A DNA stretch of 64,000 bases from Basidiobolus meristosporus CBS 931.73 (GCA_002104905.1 MCFE01000018.1:1-64000), one strand, 5' to 3'; shown: positions 13,088-26,686, numbered from the stretch's first letter. The notes: generated by a model from the sequence alone, not told the origin. Translations and numbers: made by a program.

Positions 13088-14901
13088 ATGTCTAATCAAG
13101 GCGGTTACCGCGGTCGAGGAAATTATGGAGGGAAACCTCACAGATCCAAACTTGATGTAGAAGTAGGCTTTTTTCTTTCCCAAGCCCAAGGCTCCTTGTG
13201 CTCATCCAGCTTTCTCTCCAGATTCTGTATAGCCTCTCAACAAGCCTGCACTACCTGATGGACGAAGATGGCAAGCAGAGTGTCCAAAAGCAGAGTGCCC
13301 AAGAGAAGAGTGCAAAAGCGGACAGTTCGGAGACGGGTTGGTTGAAATGTGTTTCTCCTCTCAAGAGTTGCTGCTCACCACTGCAATAGTATCGAAAGCC
13401 AAGTACATTCTGAATCCGGGCTGCAACGTCTCGCCTGCAGAGTGGAGGCCTATAATTAGCATGAAATCGGTGCTGACTCCGAACTCTGTTGACGAGCCTG
13501 AATCGGTACAACTAACGACGCGTGAAATGTTCCCCATACCAGGCTTGTCCTTTGTTTTGGAGGATACCTACGAGCTGCAGGGATCCTACCCACGCTCGCT
13601 GTTTGTAGTTATGCAGCAGAACGCCATCCGCCATAGCTTTATTTTCGATTTTCCAGATCATCCCTGGTTTCATGATTTGTTCGGGCTTAGAAAGGTGGGT
13701 GCGTCGGGTATACGCAGCAGACGATTACATCCATGCTAACCAGAGCGTAGAGCACATACATCATCCTGAAGGAGCTCAATTCGGACGAGGAGTGGCAGAT
13801 GCACCTGAAGCCTTCTCGCGACAGATCGTATGTTTCTACATGCAACCTAACGAATGCCGACTTGCTAATGCTCGGTCTTTTCGCCAGGAATATCTTTGGA
13901 TACATGATCAAGCATTCCGACTTGCAAAGGATTGTGCGCGAGCAGCAGGGAAACATGCTCAAGTGTCGCAAGCTCCCGCTAGTCTTGGATCTCGACGACA
14001 CACTGGTTCGCTTGGTCGGGAACGAGCCAGGCAGATATGTACCTGAGGAGCAGGCTGTTCAAGGTATTTGTGGCCGGCTGGCTCGTGGCGAGTGACTACG
14101 CACTAACCCAAATCCAACAGTTCAGCATCGAGTTCGAGAGCTGCGGGACGGTAGAAAGGTCGTTCTGACCGAGCATGTCCATGAGTTCCTTGACTGGGCG
14201 CAGAAGTATTTCGAGATCTCGGTGTGTTCGCTGGGGTAAGCCTTGGTTCATTGATATGGAGATTGCTGAAGTCCCAACCTAACCTAACCTGTCTTGACCC
14301 CCTCCCCGAACAGTGACCAAAACTACGTAGACATGGTAGGTGTCCCCCGTGCTGATGCTCACTTAATCCATGCTTAGACTTGCCTTGTGTCCAGGTTGCC
14401 GCTGTCCTTGACCCCGAGCGCACCCGCATTCGAGGGATTCTGTATTCCGCCCGTCAGGAGTACGAGTTTATCGCCAAGTCGAATTACCCCCGTCGCCCAC
14501 CCAAGGACCTGTTTGCCTTGTACGCATTCTGTGCAGTGTCCGACCAGAGCTTGCTCGGTTCCTCATTCTCCCTCCCATTAATCATTGACGATCTAACCCA
14601 CATGTGGCCCAAAGAACAGCACGACAACATCATCGTTGTCAAGGAGCAGCGGAACGCCCCGGTCTGGACAGTAGCGCTGTTTCCAGTTGTACAAAATGTT
14701 CTATACAGTGTATATTGTGAATTTTTCCGTCAATTAGATTTGTACAATCAAGGCCATATCACCACTCCTCCATCCGCCGTTGCTTGCTACAAAGAGTACC
14801 TCCGCTCGTCCCTTAGGGATCAGATATCGGCCGCACCTGCTCCCGCACCGGCGCAGGCACCCGCCCCTGCCCCTGCCCCCGCTCCCGCTCCCGCCAGTTG
14901 A
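13088..14901 (+). CDS. FCP1/SCP (NIF)-family HAD phosphatase, no BRCT domain, Pro-Ala tail
   Basis: KLPLVLDLDDTLVRL (DxDxT motif), HVHEFLDWAQKYFEISVCSLGDQNYV, VAAVLDP and LIIDDLTHMWP motifs of the FCP1-homology domain. Multi-exon; exon boundaries partly inferred. Confidence 0.75.
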
Positions 14902-15107
14902 AAAGTGCTAATAAATAAAATAGTGTAATAATTATGATACACGCACACCTTCCTTATTCACTCACCATTCGAGTGGCCAACAAATCATCAATGGGCGTGA
15001 CTAAGATTATCATATGTTGAGAATAGATACTAAGGAAGGTGGTGGTACACAGCTCACCAGTCTTATTTCATGCTGCCTAGACTTTCCATCCCCGTTCCCT
15101 CTTCGCC

Positions 15108-16686
15108 ATGCTTGACTCCCTTGTGAATTTCGGACGCCGCCATAGACGTGGCTTCTTCGTGACCGCGGGGTTCTTCGGAAGTATCTATATTTTTGGCCAA
15201 TACGCCAAGCGCAAAGTGGTCGAGCTACAGGAGAAGACCGTACGAGACAGCGTCGCTAAAGAAAAGTACTCCCCCCGAACCACCCTTTACTTCCTTCCCG
15301 TTCCCTCATTCACCCGCTTTCTTTCCCAAGCTTAAAGAGAAGATTCGAGCAGAACCAACGGGACTGTCTCATGACCGTGCTCTCGTTGCTACCTACCCTT
15401 GGAGAGCAGTTGATATCCGAGGTGATCGTCGAGGGTTTGATAGCGAAACTCCAACAGTCAAAAAGCTCTCCCCTTCCGACAGCGAGGCCCAACCCACTCC
15501 TCCCCTGGACCGTCAGGCCAAACTGCAACTGTGGGAGGACCTGAAAATCGCAAGTATGTCAGAGAGAAAGCCGGTCGTTCCCGTGCGGTCACTTAGTCGT
15601 TTGATATCTAGGCTTCACTAGGACGGTGGCTTCCATATACCTCACCGTGTTGCTGAATATTTTCGTTCACATCCAGCTTAACTTGTTGGGCCGGTTCATT
15701 TACGTTGACTCGGTCTTGGCGTCGTCGGAGCGGGATAAAGGGCGTCCGCTCAGACTCGAGTCCACTGCCGAAGACCAGCGACGTCTCTCTAGGGAGGTGG
15801 AAAGGAAGTTTCTCACCTACAGTTGGTGGCTACTACACGTGGGTTGGAAGCGGTGCGTGGAGGACGTCACCCAGGCTGTCAGGGAGGTTCTTGGAGAGTA
15901 CGTAGAGAATGTCTCATTGAGGAGATATGGAGGTCTCTGGACCGTGTTCTAAACTGTCTTCCTAGCATGCCACTCAAGAAGCCACTTCATCTCCAAGATG
16001 TCATCCACCTTTTCCAAGAAATCCGTACCCGCCTCGAATTCACCGAATCCCAAACACCGGCAAAGTACGTGGTCGATTAGCATCTTCGGCCCCAGCGAGG
16101 GCTTACTCATAATCTTGTAACCATCGAATGTAGCATGCGCAACCTGTTGCTGCCGGACGATCTTGCCGGAGAGCTGGAGGTGCTAAGAGAGGGAAGCGGG
16201 TTAGACGACCCCCAGATAGACGGGGACTTGAGAATGCTGCTAGATGAGACGAAGGACTTTTTGGATAGGTTTGGAAATCGCTTCGCCGTCTCCGTTGATT
16301 CCCACTAATCTTTCCCCCTTGAAAGCCCCGATTTTGTTGTGGTTCGCCAGGCTTGTCTGGATGAGGCATTCTCGTTGCTCAACTACAACCTGCGCAGCGT
16401 TTTCCTCGGGAACGTCTCCCCGACAGCCAAGGTTTACGAGATGAATTCCCCGGAAGACCCCGCCACCGAAAAGGCAGTCTCCTTGGCAGCACTGCTTCCA
16501 ATAATCAGCCGACAAGTGCACCAAATCATCAACGGCGTCCCCAATGAATTTGTCGAGGTTGGTACCCATCGACCCATCCTCCTTGCTGCCACTAATACTT
16601 CCCCCATCTAGATGCTAAGCACGGTCAAAGAACTCCAAACCTACTCGGCCATCGTGTATTCCTCATTCAATCTAGAAGACCAATAA
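15108..16686 (+). CDS. PEX3: Peroxin-3
   Basis: RRHRRGFFVTAGFFGSIYIFGQYAK, LKRRFEQNQRDCLMTVLSLLPTL, KLQLWEDLKI, LNLLGRFIYVDS, FLTYSWWLLHVGW; ends YSAIVYSSFNLEDQ*. Confidence 0.92.
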
Positions 16687-16882
16687 ATCCCCCCATCATT
16701 TATCAGACGTAGGGTGAGATGACCTTTATGGAACCAGAACCACCATAACAAGAACAAAAGGGAAAAAAATACAACTCATGACATCTCCAACTATTTACAG
16801 AGTAAAGAGTGTTCGTGAAAACTCTAGGCGGATTAAACAACAAAGAATAAATCAATTGGGGGTGCATTCAACGGTGGGTGAT

Positions 16883-19351
16883 TTAGTTGCCAGCGACCAT
16901 CGGAGAGTTGACGGCGGAGTCGGACTTGCTGGACTTCCCCCTGACGGACTGAAGCCCTTCTTTGGATGCTTGGTACTCCTCCTTGGCCAAGTTCTCCAGG
17001 TCGGACAAACTGTTCTCGACGTGGGATTTGAAGGAGATCAGCTCCTCGAGGATCCTGAGGATTTCTCTTCCGGCTTCTTCTTTCTTCTCGTTGCATTTGA
17101 GCAGCAGCTGGTCATACCTAGGAGGGTGGTTCGGGTTAGAGGTGGTGGCTGTGCGCGATGAAATGTATCTAATACTGACTCAATCTGGATCTTTTGAACG
17201 CGTTGTTGTGAGCCGAGGAGGCCGGTGTTGCCCTCGAGCCTCATGCGTTGCAGCTCTTGCTCCAGGTTGTCCATCTCGGTGTTGCTGGCGGTATTCTCCC
17301 GGTTGGCCGCCTAGATTGTGCCGGGTTAGATCCGTGGGGTACGGAGACGAACCATGAACATGTACCTCTTTCTCGTCTTGGTGCTGGGTCACCAACTTCT
17401 GGATCCGGTTCTCCATCGACTTAAGCTCGTCGAGCTTATCGGCAACGGTTTCGGTCAAGCGATCCAGGTTCTCCTGGAGGACGATCGCCTCGTCCTCTGT
17501 GTGATGAAGTGAGCTATTAAGGTTGCTTCTCAACTCCATCAAGGCGGGCTGTTAGAAACACGGAGTGTGGGTTAGCGATTTCCGAGAGGCTGAGGGAGTG
17601 AATCGGGCTGTACTCACTCTGATCACGTTCTTAATGTCAACCGAGACCATTTCCTCCACCCTGGTGGCATGCTGGTTGAGCTTGATGTCGAACTCGATCC
17701 CGTTGGCGTATGGAGAGTCGCTAGGAATGAGGCCAAGCTTGTAAGCAAACGAGTTGAATTCCTGGATCACTCTCTCAACCTAGATGGCAACGGGTTAGGG
17801 TCCAGGTTGGGTTAGGCAGGCTCTTTCGAGCCAGTAAAGTGCAACGTACGTCGTCCAACTTCTTCTGGGTTTCAATCTCCTTCTCCCAGGAGGTCTTGTT
17901 GATCTCCTCCAAGCGACTGTTGGCCGTGTTGAGGTTCTTGCTTAACTGGTCCCGCTCAGCGTTCATCCGCTCAACATCAGTCATGGAGATCTCCTGCTCA
18001 TCCACTTGTCTCTGAAGGTCCGCCTTCTCCTCTTCCAGTTGCCCCAGCTCCTGCTCCTTCGACTGGACCTCCTCAGTCAACGCAACATTGGAGTCCTGCA
18101 ATTTCTCTTTCTTGCTCTGCAAGTGGTTGAGGTACTCGGTGAACTTCTCCGTGTCGGACTTCAAGATGTCGTGCTCCTTCTGGGCGGCTACAAGGGGTGA
18201 CTGGGATGTTGATTAGTCCGGTGCGTGAGGGGGTGTGGGTCGTTCGTAACCAACGAGAATTACCTCGACTGAGACATAGCCCTCGTGCTCTTGTTGGAGT
18301 TGCTCGATCTCCTTGTTTAGCTTCGAGATCTCCGTCTCGATGTGATCCAGCTTTTGCTCTGATGTGACGTCCCGGTAAGTGAAGGTGAAGGGCGGGTGGT
18401 GCTCAAAAGAAACTTACCGAAATGAATGGTGAGATCTTGCTCCATATCCTCGTAATTGTCGTCGCCACTCAGGAAGGCGATGTATGATCTGGAGATGTAC
18501 TTGAAAAACATCTCGTCCTGGAAGGCCGGCTCGTTTCCTGGCTGTCCGTCAAATTCGGGGCTGTGGTTCAACTTGTCAACACACTGGAAACGCACTAGGG
18601 TTAGGAACTGCGAGTGGAGAACACGAGTGATGGCCACCTACGATGATCAAGTCCATGATCCATTGAAGCATTCCTAAAAGATTGGGCCACGAGTGCATGG
18701 AGCCCACGGCATACAGCTGGGATTTACTAATCTGGTCGGCGAAGGGGTATCTGAAAGGTGGGAGCACAAGGGTTAGCTCGAGGCTGGAGTAAGAGGCCAA
18801 GATGAAGGTGGCCTACTTTAATCCCTTGAGCAGGCCGGGCACCTCCTCTTCGAACTTCTTCTGGTAGACGTATCTAGGGTCCAGCTTGGCGTAGAGGAAC
18901 TTGAAGATACTCTGGAAGTCCTTGGAGGTAGGGGTTTGCAAAGTCTTCGTAGAGATAGGTTGGTTGTACCCGGTCTCGATGAGAAATTCGGTGAGAGCTC
19001 GGATGGTGTCGTGTTGCCAACTTTTGTCACGTAGGGGGCGGGGATCTTTCGAGGGTCCGCCATTGGGGGCGAGCGAATTCCTCACACTCGTGCGTCTGTT
19101 ATAGGGAACAAAAGGGGTCAGGGAGAATCAAAGAAGGCACCCTCCTAACAAACAACTGACCTTATGGTAGAGCCGCCGACACTTTGACGGTTGTTGTTGG
19201 CGGTGGGGCCACCGGTGGAGAGTCGGAAGTCCGAGAGACGAAGCGGAGGACCCGAAATCCCGGTGCTAGCCAGGGAGAGTCTGGATGTAGAGCGGTTTGC
19301 TCCCGAAGGAGTCTGAAAGCCGGAGCCACCAAGTGAGTACTGTCTGTTCAT
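16883..19351 (-). CDS. NDC80: Kinetochore protein Ndc80/HEC1
   Basis: KDPRPLRDKSWQ, PTSKDFQSIFKFLYAKLDP, KFEEEVP, YPFADQISKSQLYAVGSMHSWPNLLGML, followed by a long coiled coil. Many introns. Confidence 0.95.
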
Positions 19352-19582
19352 GTGGGTGGTTACAATGAGTGGTTCAATGAAGAATAGGATGTCGCAGTAG
19401 ATTTGATGGTCTATGAAATGTGGGTTTGTTTTGATTACCAAAAGAGACCATTGATTGGTTCACTCTGGTCAGTAAACAAATCAGTTATTTATTGGATTGA
19501 GTTAACTATCCAATAACCCCAACCAGGTCTAAGGGGATTTTATTGGATTACAATGTACAGGATAAACAGATCCGAAAGCCGT

Positions 19583-22041
19583 CTAGTAAACCGGGGAATT
19601 AATTACAAACACCGTTTCCTCCTCCTGGTGGATCCATTTTCGAAGCGCGGTTAATGAGGCGATGATGCTCGCTTTGGTGACCAGCGGGCCAAAGGCGGCA
19701 TACATCTCGAAGTATCGTGAATTCTGATGGAGGTTGTTGGTGAGTTGTCGTCAATACATAGCAACAGATAACGCCTCCTACCCATCCGATGATAATCTCG
19801 GTACTTGTCACTTCATAAAAGGTTTTCAATGGCAGGGTCTTGGCATGCATTCGATCGTGAATATGCTGGTACATACGGAAGAGTCTGAAATGGAATAAAT
19901 AGCTGTTTCTGGCAGGGTAGGTCATGGTTACTAACCGCCGTTGCTCGTCAATGCTCTCATAATATGGCAAGTAAGTGGGCGAAGTTATCTGAATATGTTG
20001 TTTGGATTTGTACAAAAAATGTCGGAGCCCGGGGATTCCTAGTTCATCTTCGTACCCTAGTTATTGTGTGCTCCATATCTTTCTATCACAGAGAAGCCTT
20101 ACCAAGGGTGTATTCTTTCCGCTCTGCGATCTCTGCCAGCTCCACAAGTGCCCCCGTTTTATTCAAATGCTGGTTATTGAAGTTCACCGGTCAATCTATG
20201 AATGTGAGTCACCCGACGAAAATTCATCGCGACTTACCTCTACGACAAGATCCTTCGACGCCGAGCATTCGTAGAACTTGTCTTTACTTGGAGATATCAA
20301 AACCAGACATGTTTCTTTGGCCACAAAGCACACATAAGCGTGAAGGAACCCTTTACTATTGAACCTTGGAAGGCACACAGGTGTCCATGACTCGCCAGAA
20401 TGAAATGTGGTGGAGCCATTGACCATGTTGCAGATTAAATGCAGATCTAAGAGGCACCATGTTAGCCTCGAATATATTTAGAAAATTCGATAGGAAAGAC
20501 GTACCGGACACGTGCAGACTCTGTTTCCTTGGACGTAGCAAAGTTACCAATTTGCCGTTGGCAATTAACATGCCGAAAAGTACATGCTGGTGGATGGTGT
20601 TACTCAGGAGTGCTGAATGTATCATGATGAACACTTGCCCACGCTACCTTCGATTTTATCAACTGGAGAGCTTTGTTAAATCTGGCTCTCAGAGGCTTCT
20701 CCATTTTCATGGCATGGACCGCCCCTAACGTAATACTCGGATCGTAGGTCACTTCTCTACATAAACTATCAAGAAATGACTCGGTGCCTATAATGGGGGA
20801 ATTTTCGATTTGTAATGTAAACGGTTTGTTTTTGGGCGTTCAGATACTTACCACTTAGCAAGTGGCGTAGGTCGAAGTTGACTCTCTGCTCAAAGATCCG
20901 AGTCAACTGGGTTACTGTTACGATGCTTAGAACTTGGTTATATAGATACATCAGTTGAGTTTGAATCTACAAGAGCGGCCATTAGTACACAATCCTTAGA
21001 ATTGCTGTAACGGATGGGCGTCAATCCTACATGACTCTCGGGTTCTCCAGTTTTTGTGACGGCTAAAAGATAAAGTGGGTTCTTAAGTAGGAACACAAAT
21101 TTATGCTCACCAGCAGTTATGGACCTGGGTGGTGTTACAATGTTGGTTAAAAAGAGTTAGGTGATTCATGCGAAATAGACGCACCGAATGGAGTCGCCAG
21201 TATCAACGAAGAAGGACACAATAGCCTGGATCACTCCCATATAACTTGAAAGTTTTGATTCATCCCCAAAGCGCGAATAGATGGGCTTTCCGGCGCTACT
21301 CAAAATGAAGAAGTGCTTGTCATGGGCCGACCAGCCGGGCGAATAAGGGTCTTTCAAATAAATCGCACTTAGTATGCGTATTTCCAACGTCAATTAACTT
21401 GAAGCGACAGGATGCCAACCTTCCTCCGAGTAAACGTCAGAGCATTCGCTATTCTGTCTTGAGCGCTGTCTCAAAGTCTCATTCATCTCGGCAAAAAACT
21501 CAGCTTCACTCTCAAGCTCCTCGTCTGGCTGAACTTTTCCTTCCTCAGTTTCATTAGAATAGAATGGGCTATCTGGCAAGCACCAAGCGTTAATTCCATA
21601 TATCTAAAGTCAGGCTAGTTGATAGCTACCTGACACAGCTTGGTCTATGGTCTCTTTCAGAGAAGAGGTTTCACTCTCCTGAGGATTAGCAAACTCTCTA
21701 TCCAGTTCAGCTCCTAAAGTAGGTTTAGGCCTGGGACTCATTTGCCCAATCCTTAGCATATATTCTGTATCGGCACTCTCTCTGGAGCGGAAACTAGAGG
21801 CGTCTAACATCATGTCCCCGCTTAATCTGGAAATGGTTGAGCAACTGCTGAGATTTGATGCTACAGAAGGGGAAGCTGGCCGTAATGAGAGAGTGTTATC
21901 TACAGAAAGATGAATAGAGGGCTTAGATTTGACGGTAGAGAATTTTCCAGTCAAAATCGGAGATGACGATAAGGAAGAGAGTTCAGGTCGTAGCTCATTC
22001 TCAGCGTTGGAAGTTTTGGGGATGTTTAGGGATTCCATCAA
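19583..22041 (-). CDS. MON1: Vacuolar fusion protein Mon1 (SAND/longin Rab7-GEF subunit)
   Basis: [45 protein letters not shown]; C-terminus [12 protein letters not shown]...[20 protein letters not shown]. Long low-complexity N-terminus. Confidence 0.9.
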
Positions 22042-22383
22042 GGACGAGTATTTCTATGTTAGCTGAAACTCGGTGAGTATATGCTCTCCTCTTGAACGCG
22101 CTAAATAATGCATCATGCGAAATTCCGTGAAGTTTGATTATCCGAGCACACTGGAGATCCCACCATCTCGGCTTTAAATCAAATGAATAAAAGTTTGCCT
22201 AACCTGTGTTACTGTACTATCCGTCAGTACAACCCAATCAAGGGAGTATGATATAAAGTTTATTCACCATCAAATCATTCCACAAACATGGTACCTCTCT
22301 GGCAGAGAAAAAAAGAAATAAATTTTCAACATAATTTGGGTTGTGCTTTTGCTTTGTAGATAGAGCAAACTCACGCCAAAACT

Positions 22384-23511
22384 ATGTCTGAAGAGCAATG
22401 CCCCGTTTTTCGCTTGGATGCTGTCATCCTTGAGAAGAAAAAGAACAATGAAGAATATCCTTTACCTTTGACAGCAGCTGAGAAGTTGATGCACGCCATC
22501 CAATCTTTCGAGCAAGGAAAATTCATCATGTCCCAATACAAGCAACATGAGAATGTTGCCAACAGTATTGCCGGACCTGTGGGCGCTTTGGAGGCTATCA
22601 CCGATGCTTTGTTACGTGATCCTCGTTGCTTCTACCTCGAGGGACAAAAGGATTTGGAAGGCCTCCAGAAAGTCCTCATGTTCGAACAACAAGTCCGTGA
22701 TTGCGCTTCTTCTGACATTCCTGTTTCTGAATTGATCCAAGAATACCAAAAACGCCTTCAAAACCACGGTTGGGAGGATGTTCAACCTGCCATCGACGTC
22801 AGCATTCGTGCATCCTTTTTGGTCGGTTTGCTTACCTTTGGTGTCCTCGGTAGAGCTAAGGAAGCTTTGGCTCATTTCCGTCGTGCAGTCGATATCATCG
22901 TTGCTGCTAATGTCGCTCTTGAGCCCACTGCCGGTGATAAGCGTGGCCCCGCCCTGAAGGAATCCTTCTTGCGTGCTCTTAGACAGACTCTTATGAACGC
23001 CATCATGTTAGGCTATGCCACTACTTCCGACAAAGAAACCTTCTCTTTGGATGATATTCTTGCCGAAGCTGATGCCATCTTGGCTTCAATCGAGAACGAT
23101 AGCTCAACCAATGAACCTAAAGATAAATTGGCATTCAGCACATACCTTGCTGCTCATGCTAGAATGGCTCGTGGCTTCGTTTACCGTGAGAGAGCCGAGA
23201 CCAATGGTGCCTATGATCTGGAGCTCTGCAACAAGGCTGCCGAAGAGTTCAAACTCGCCGCCGAGCTTTATCCTGAGGATGAATCGGATCGCTCCTTGGC
23301 TGCCTACAAAGCCATTGAAGCAGCCCTCCGGGCTGGGGATCATACCGTTGGCGAGCTCCAAACTCTTCTCAAGGTCGCGTCAGATGCCAATGAGAAAGCA
23401 ACCCCCGTGTTCGGAGCCATTTCCTCCAACGTTCCTGCCAAAATCACCGCTGAGAAGGTCCTTAGTGGATATACCTCCAATGCCGATAAACGCTTGACCC
23501 CATTAGCCTAA
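22384..23511 (+). CDS. Uncharacterised 375-aa, predicted all-helical protein, intronless
   Basis: Single uninterrupted ORF with strong codon bias (GCT/GCC/CGT/TTC). Ala/Leu-rich amphipathic helices; no recognised catalytic motif. Confidence 0.85.
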   Translation: MSEEQCPVFRLDAVILEKKKNNEEYPLPLTAAEKLMHAIQSFEQGKFIMSQYKQHENVANSIAGPVGALEAITDALLRDPRCFYLEGQKDLEGLQKVLMFEQQVRDCASSDIPVSELIQEYQKRLQNHGWEDVQPAIDVSIRASFLVGLLTFGVLGRAKEALAHFRRAVDIIVAANVALEPTAGDKRGPALKESFLRALRQTLMNAIMLGYATTSDKETFSLDDILAEADAILASIENDSSTNEPKDKLAFSTYLAAHARMARGFVYRERAETNGAYDLELCNKAAEEFKLAAELYPEDESDRSLAAYKAIEAALRAGDHTVGELQTLLKVASDANEKATPVFGAISSNVPAKITAEKVLSGYTSNADKRLTPLA

Positions 23512-23789
23512 GATACTATTTCTTTTTTAATAAAATGTACAGAAGAGAATAGCCTCCATTTCTGCTTGGTGCTTTATCCGAATTCTGATGAATTGCGGTC
23601 ATTATGTTTGAGTTTCACATGACACTGGGTGGGGGGATTCAATGGAATTCCTAACATCGATAATATATCAATCATTTCTGCGGCAAACGATCGGAAGTGT
23701 CTGGAAACATCATCAATTATATAATATGTGGCATATGTAAAGTTGTCACTGTATTACCACTTGCTCCTTCCCACAGCAGTCTAATCCAA

Positions 23790-24931
23790 ATGTCGCAACC
23801 ATACGTCCATCCGCACCAACCTAATTCTGGTGAGTTTTCCAGCAAATCCTTCCTTTGTTACCCATGTCTCTTACTAGTTTGTATATACAGGTCAGCACCC
23901 AGGCGTTCAATACGGTGCTCTTCCCCCTACCTATCACCAAGCCTTCGGAGGTAATAGTAGTGCGCCCGGCGGCCATGCAGAGACCGAAGACGATGACTTC
24001 AAATATGGTGTCAGTGTGGCGCAGTGTGAGATTGAAATCAGAATGGGTTTGTAGATCCACTTTATTCTATTCGCCTATACCTCCATCCTAACCAATCTAC
24101 CGTTGACTCGAATCAAAAGCGTTCATCCGTAAGGTTTATTTAATCCTGACCACACAATTGGGTGCCACTGTTCTTCTTGGAAGCGTATTCTTCTTCAACA
24201 CACAGGCCCGTCAATGGGTTCAGTCCAAGTATGTTTTTGCTCGGTCCTCTAACCGTGCATTTACTCCTTTACTAACCCTTATGCAGTGATTGGGCAATGT
24301 TTGTATCTCTATTTGGTGCTATTGGAGTAATGCTAGCTTTGTTCTGGAAGCGTCACTCATCGCCCTTGAACCTGTATCTTCTTGGTGCCTTTACCTTACT
24401 TGAAGCCTATAGTGTTGGGACTGTCAGTGAGTGGCAAATCTTGGTTAATCGATCATTCATACGGGTGCCTAATCAAACGCATTTTTAGTTACATTTTATT
24501 CGTCCAAAGTCGTCTTGCAAGCATTGATCATTACCTTCGCACTCTTCATCGGGCTCACTCTTTTCACCATGCAATCGAAATACGACTTCAGTGGTATGGG
24601 ACCCATGTATGTATAGACCCTGCATAGCATGCCGATCTTGTCCAGCCTTTAACCCAACCTTTTTCTATGTAGGCTTGGGATTGTCCTTTGGCTGGTCGTT
24701 ATTGCTTCTTTCGTCCAGATATTCTTCCCATTCAGCAACGGCGTTCAGTTCGCTATCGCCATCGTGGTGGCAGTTCTGTTCTGCGGATACATCGTTTACG
24801 ATACTTACATGATTATCAATCGGTTGTCTCCTGATGAGTATATCATTGCTAGTATCGATCTGTATCTTGACGTCATCAACCTTTTCTTGGCCATTCTAAG
24901 AATTCTAAATGAACTGAACTCCGACAACTAA
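23790..24931 (+). CDS. BXI1: Bax inhibitor-1/TMBIM (Bxi1/GAAP-like) membrane protein
   Basis: DDFKYGVSVAQCEIEIRMAFIRKVYLIL, PLNLYLLGAFTLLEAYSVG, FTMQSKYDFSG; C-terminus YIVYDTYMIINRLSPDEYIIASIDLYLDVINLFLAILRIL. Confidence 0.92.
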
Positions 24932-25144
24932 AGGTTGCTGTTCGTTTTTCGCTCGCCAAGCAAACCATCTATCAGACAGAACGAATCCATATGGCGGTAA
25001 ACCCCTACGCGAGCACTTGTTGACTTTCAATGGATTTTTTAAACAATATGGCGGCTAGTATCTACGTGTACCGTTCTTCATGACCCCGCTTTGGGATGAG
25101 GGCCCCCATTTAAATCACTCGTTTTTGCACTCCTCCACTATGCT

Positions 25145-26206
25145 TTATTTCGAATAAACCTCATGTTTGTTGACTTGAGAGAAACTACCTCTATTGTGGC
25201 GTCTAGTGGAATTGGTGTTTCTCGTTCGCGTACACCGGGGTTTTTTGGGTTTTGGTGGGTCGACATAGCGGTTGATCCAGTTTGCCTGGGCAGCGACTCG
25301 TGCGAATGCTGCTGGTACATCGATACCACACCCCGCGCTATAACTCGTTATTCCTATTAGCCACGGATTGCCAGCGCCATCAAAAGACACTAGCGGCCCA
25401 CCAGAGTCGCCGGAACAAACATCTGTGACGTGGTCAGAAGCGGGTCAATATGGCGAGTATAGGGTTGCCTGGGAATTCGCGTGGGCTTCACTTACTTCGT
25501 ACTCCTTGCTCGGTTCCAACACATAATACAGCCGTGGGGTTGAATGGAATGTTTAGGGAGCTGTATTTCTGAATACATAATTTCTCGTCCAGCACACTCA
25601 TCTCAATCTCCTGTAGGATATCTGGATATTGTGTGGCTGAAGTCAAACCCCAACCCAGCGCTTTGACATGGGCTCGATTGGGTATCGGTTGCTCTGCTTG
25701 CTGGATGGGAAGAAATGTTATCTGCGAAGGGAGTGGGTGGGCCAATTTCAATATTGCAACTACAGGAGCGGGATTAGTGTTGTCTAGAACGTCCCCTATA
25801 CAAAGCATGGTAAAATATTCTTACAATCATTGATCGCCCGGTTTCTGTCCCAATCGGGGTGGATGGTTATGTTCACCGCCGGAACCACCAGACCCCCCTC
25901 CTCTTCCGCTTTTACCTTGAGGTTATGCCGCAGTAAATGAACCAGAATCTCTCCCACTGGTTTCTCGTGGAAACAGTGTGCCGCCGACAAGATCGTCGTC
26001 GAGTCCAAAACAACACCGCCGCACCACCGCATTTCTCCAATGGCTGGATTCTGAAGGTATGTAAAGGCCATCCAGGGATAGCTGTTAGATAGTTTGACGG
26101 GTGTCCCTCCATAGATTAAGAATTTAGGGTAGACAGGTGCTTTAGTAGAAGCGGTACTTGGCAAACAAAGGCAAAAGCTAAATATCATCAAAAGGTGCTG
26201 GTGCAT
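25145..26206 (-). CDS. Secreted S1A (chymotrypsin-fold) serine protease
   Basis: Signal peptide, IYGG activation N-terminus, WCGGVVL, LSAAHC (His), IND-F-AIL (Asp), GDSGGP (Ser). Two introns. Confidence 0.92.
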
Positions 26207-26686
26207 AACTCGAATTTCGGATTGTCCAAGTTATGCTTCCGGTTAGAGGGTTTGTGAGGTTAAAAGGTTGGAGCTGGACAGCAAGTCCAAGTAAGCCCGG
26301 TATTTCTGGCTAGGTTGCTAAGAGGAAAGAGTTATGGCATCGCTCCACGTTTTTCTCCTTCGGCAGAAGAGGTGCTTGCTGCACAACCAAAGGAATATAA
26401 TTGACCATCAATAAGCACATAGCTGGAGCAACCGAATACAATCGACCAACAGCAAGCATCATCGGTAGATCAATGCGCATATGATAATAGTTCAATCCTC
26501 CTATTATCGAGTGAATTAGGCCAAAGTACCAAAAATACTCGAAATCGGAATCTCACACTAATTATATACATGTCTGTCACATGAGCGCACCTGAATATGG
26601 CATAGGCCACTTAATTAGCTCCCACATGAAGTATTTGTTGAAACTCATGTTCTTTACTGCTGAATATCCTTGATATTCAGCGTAGA

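Noticed and set aside
14835-14897. GC-rich hexamer repeat
   Set aside because: It simply encodes the (Pro-Ala)n tail of the phosphatase.
17785-18605. GGGTTAGG motifs in NDC80 resembling telomeric repeats
   Set aside because: They lie in minus-strand introns and are CTAAC branch-point sequences.
16883-19351. NDC80 located about 9 kb from a putative centromere-like repeat block
   Set aside because: No mechanistic reason for a kinetochore gene to be linked to a centromere; treated as coincidence.
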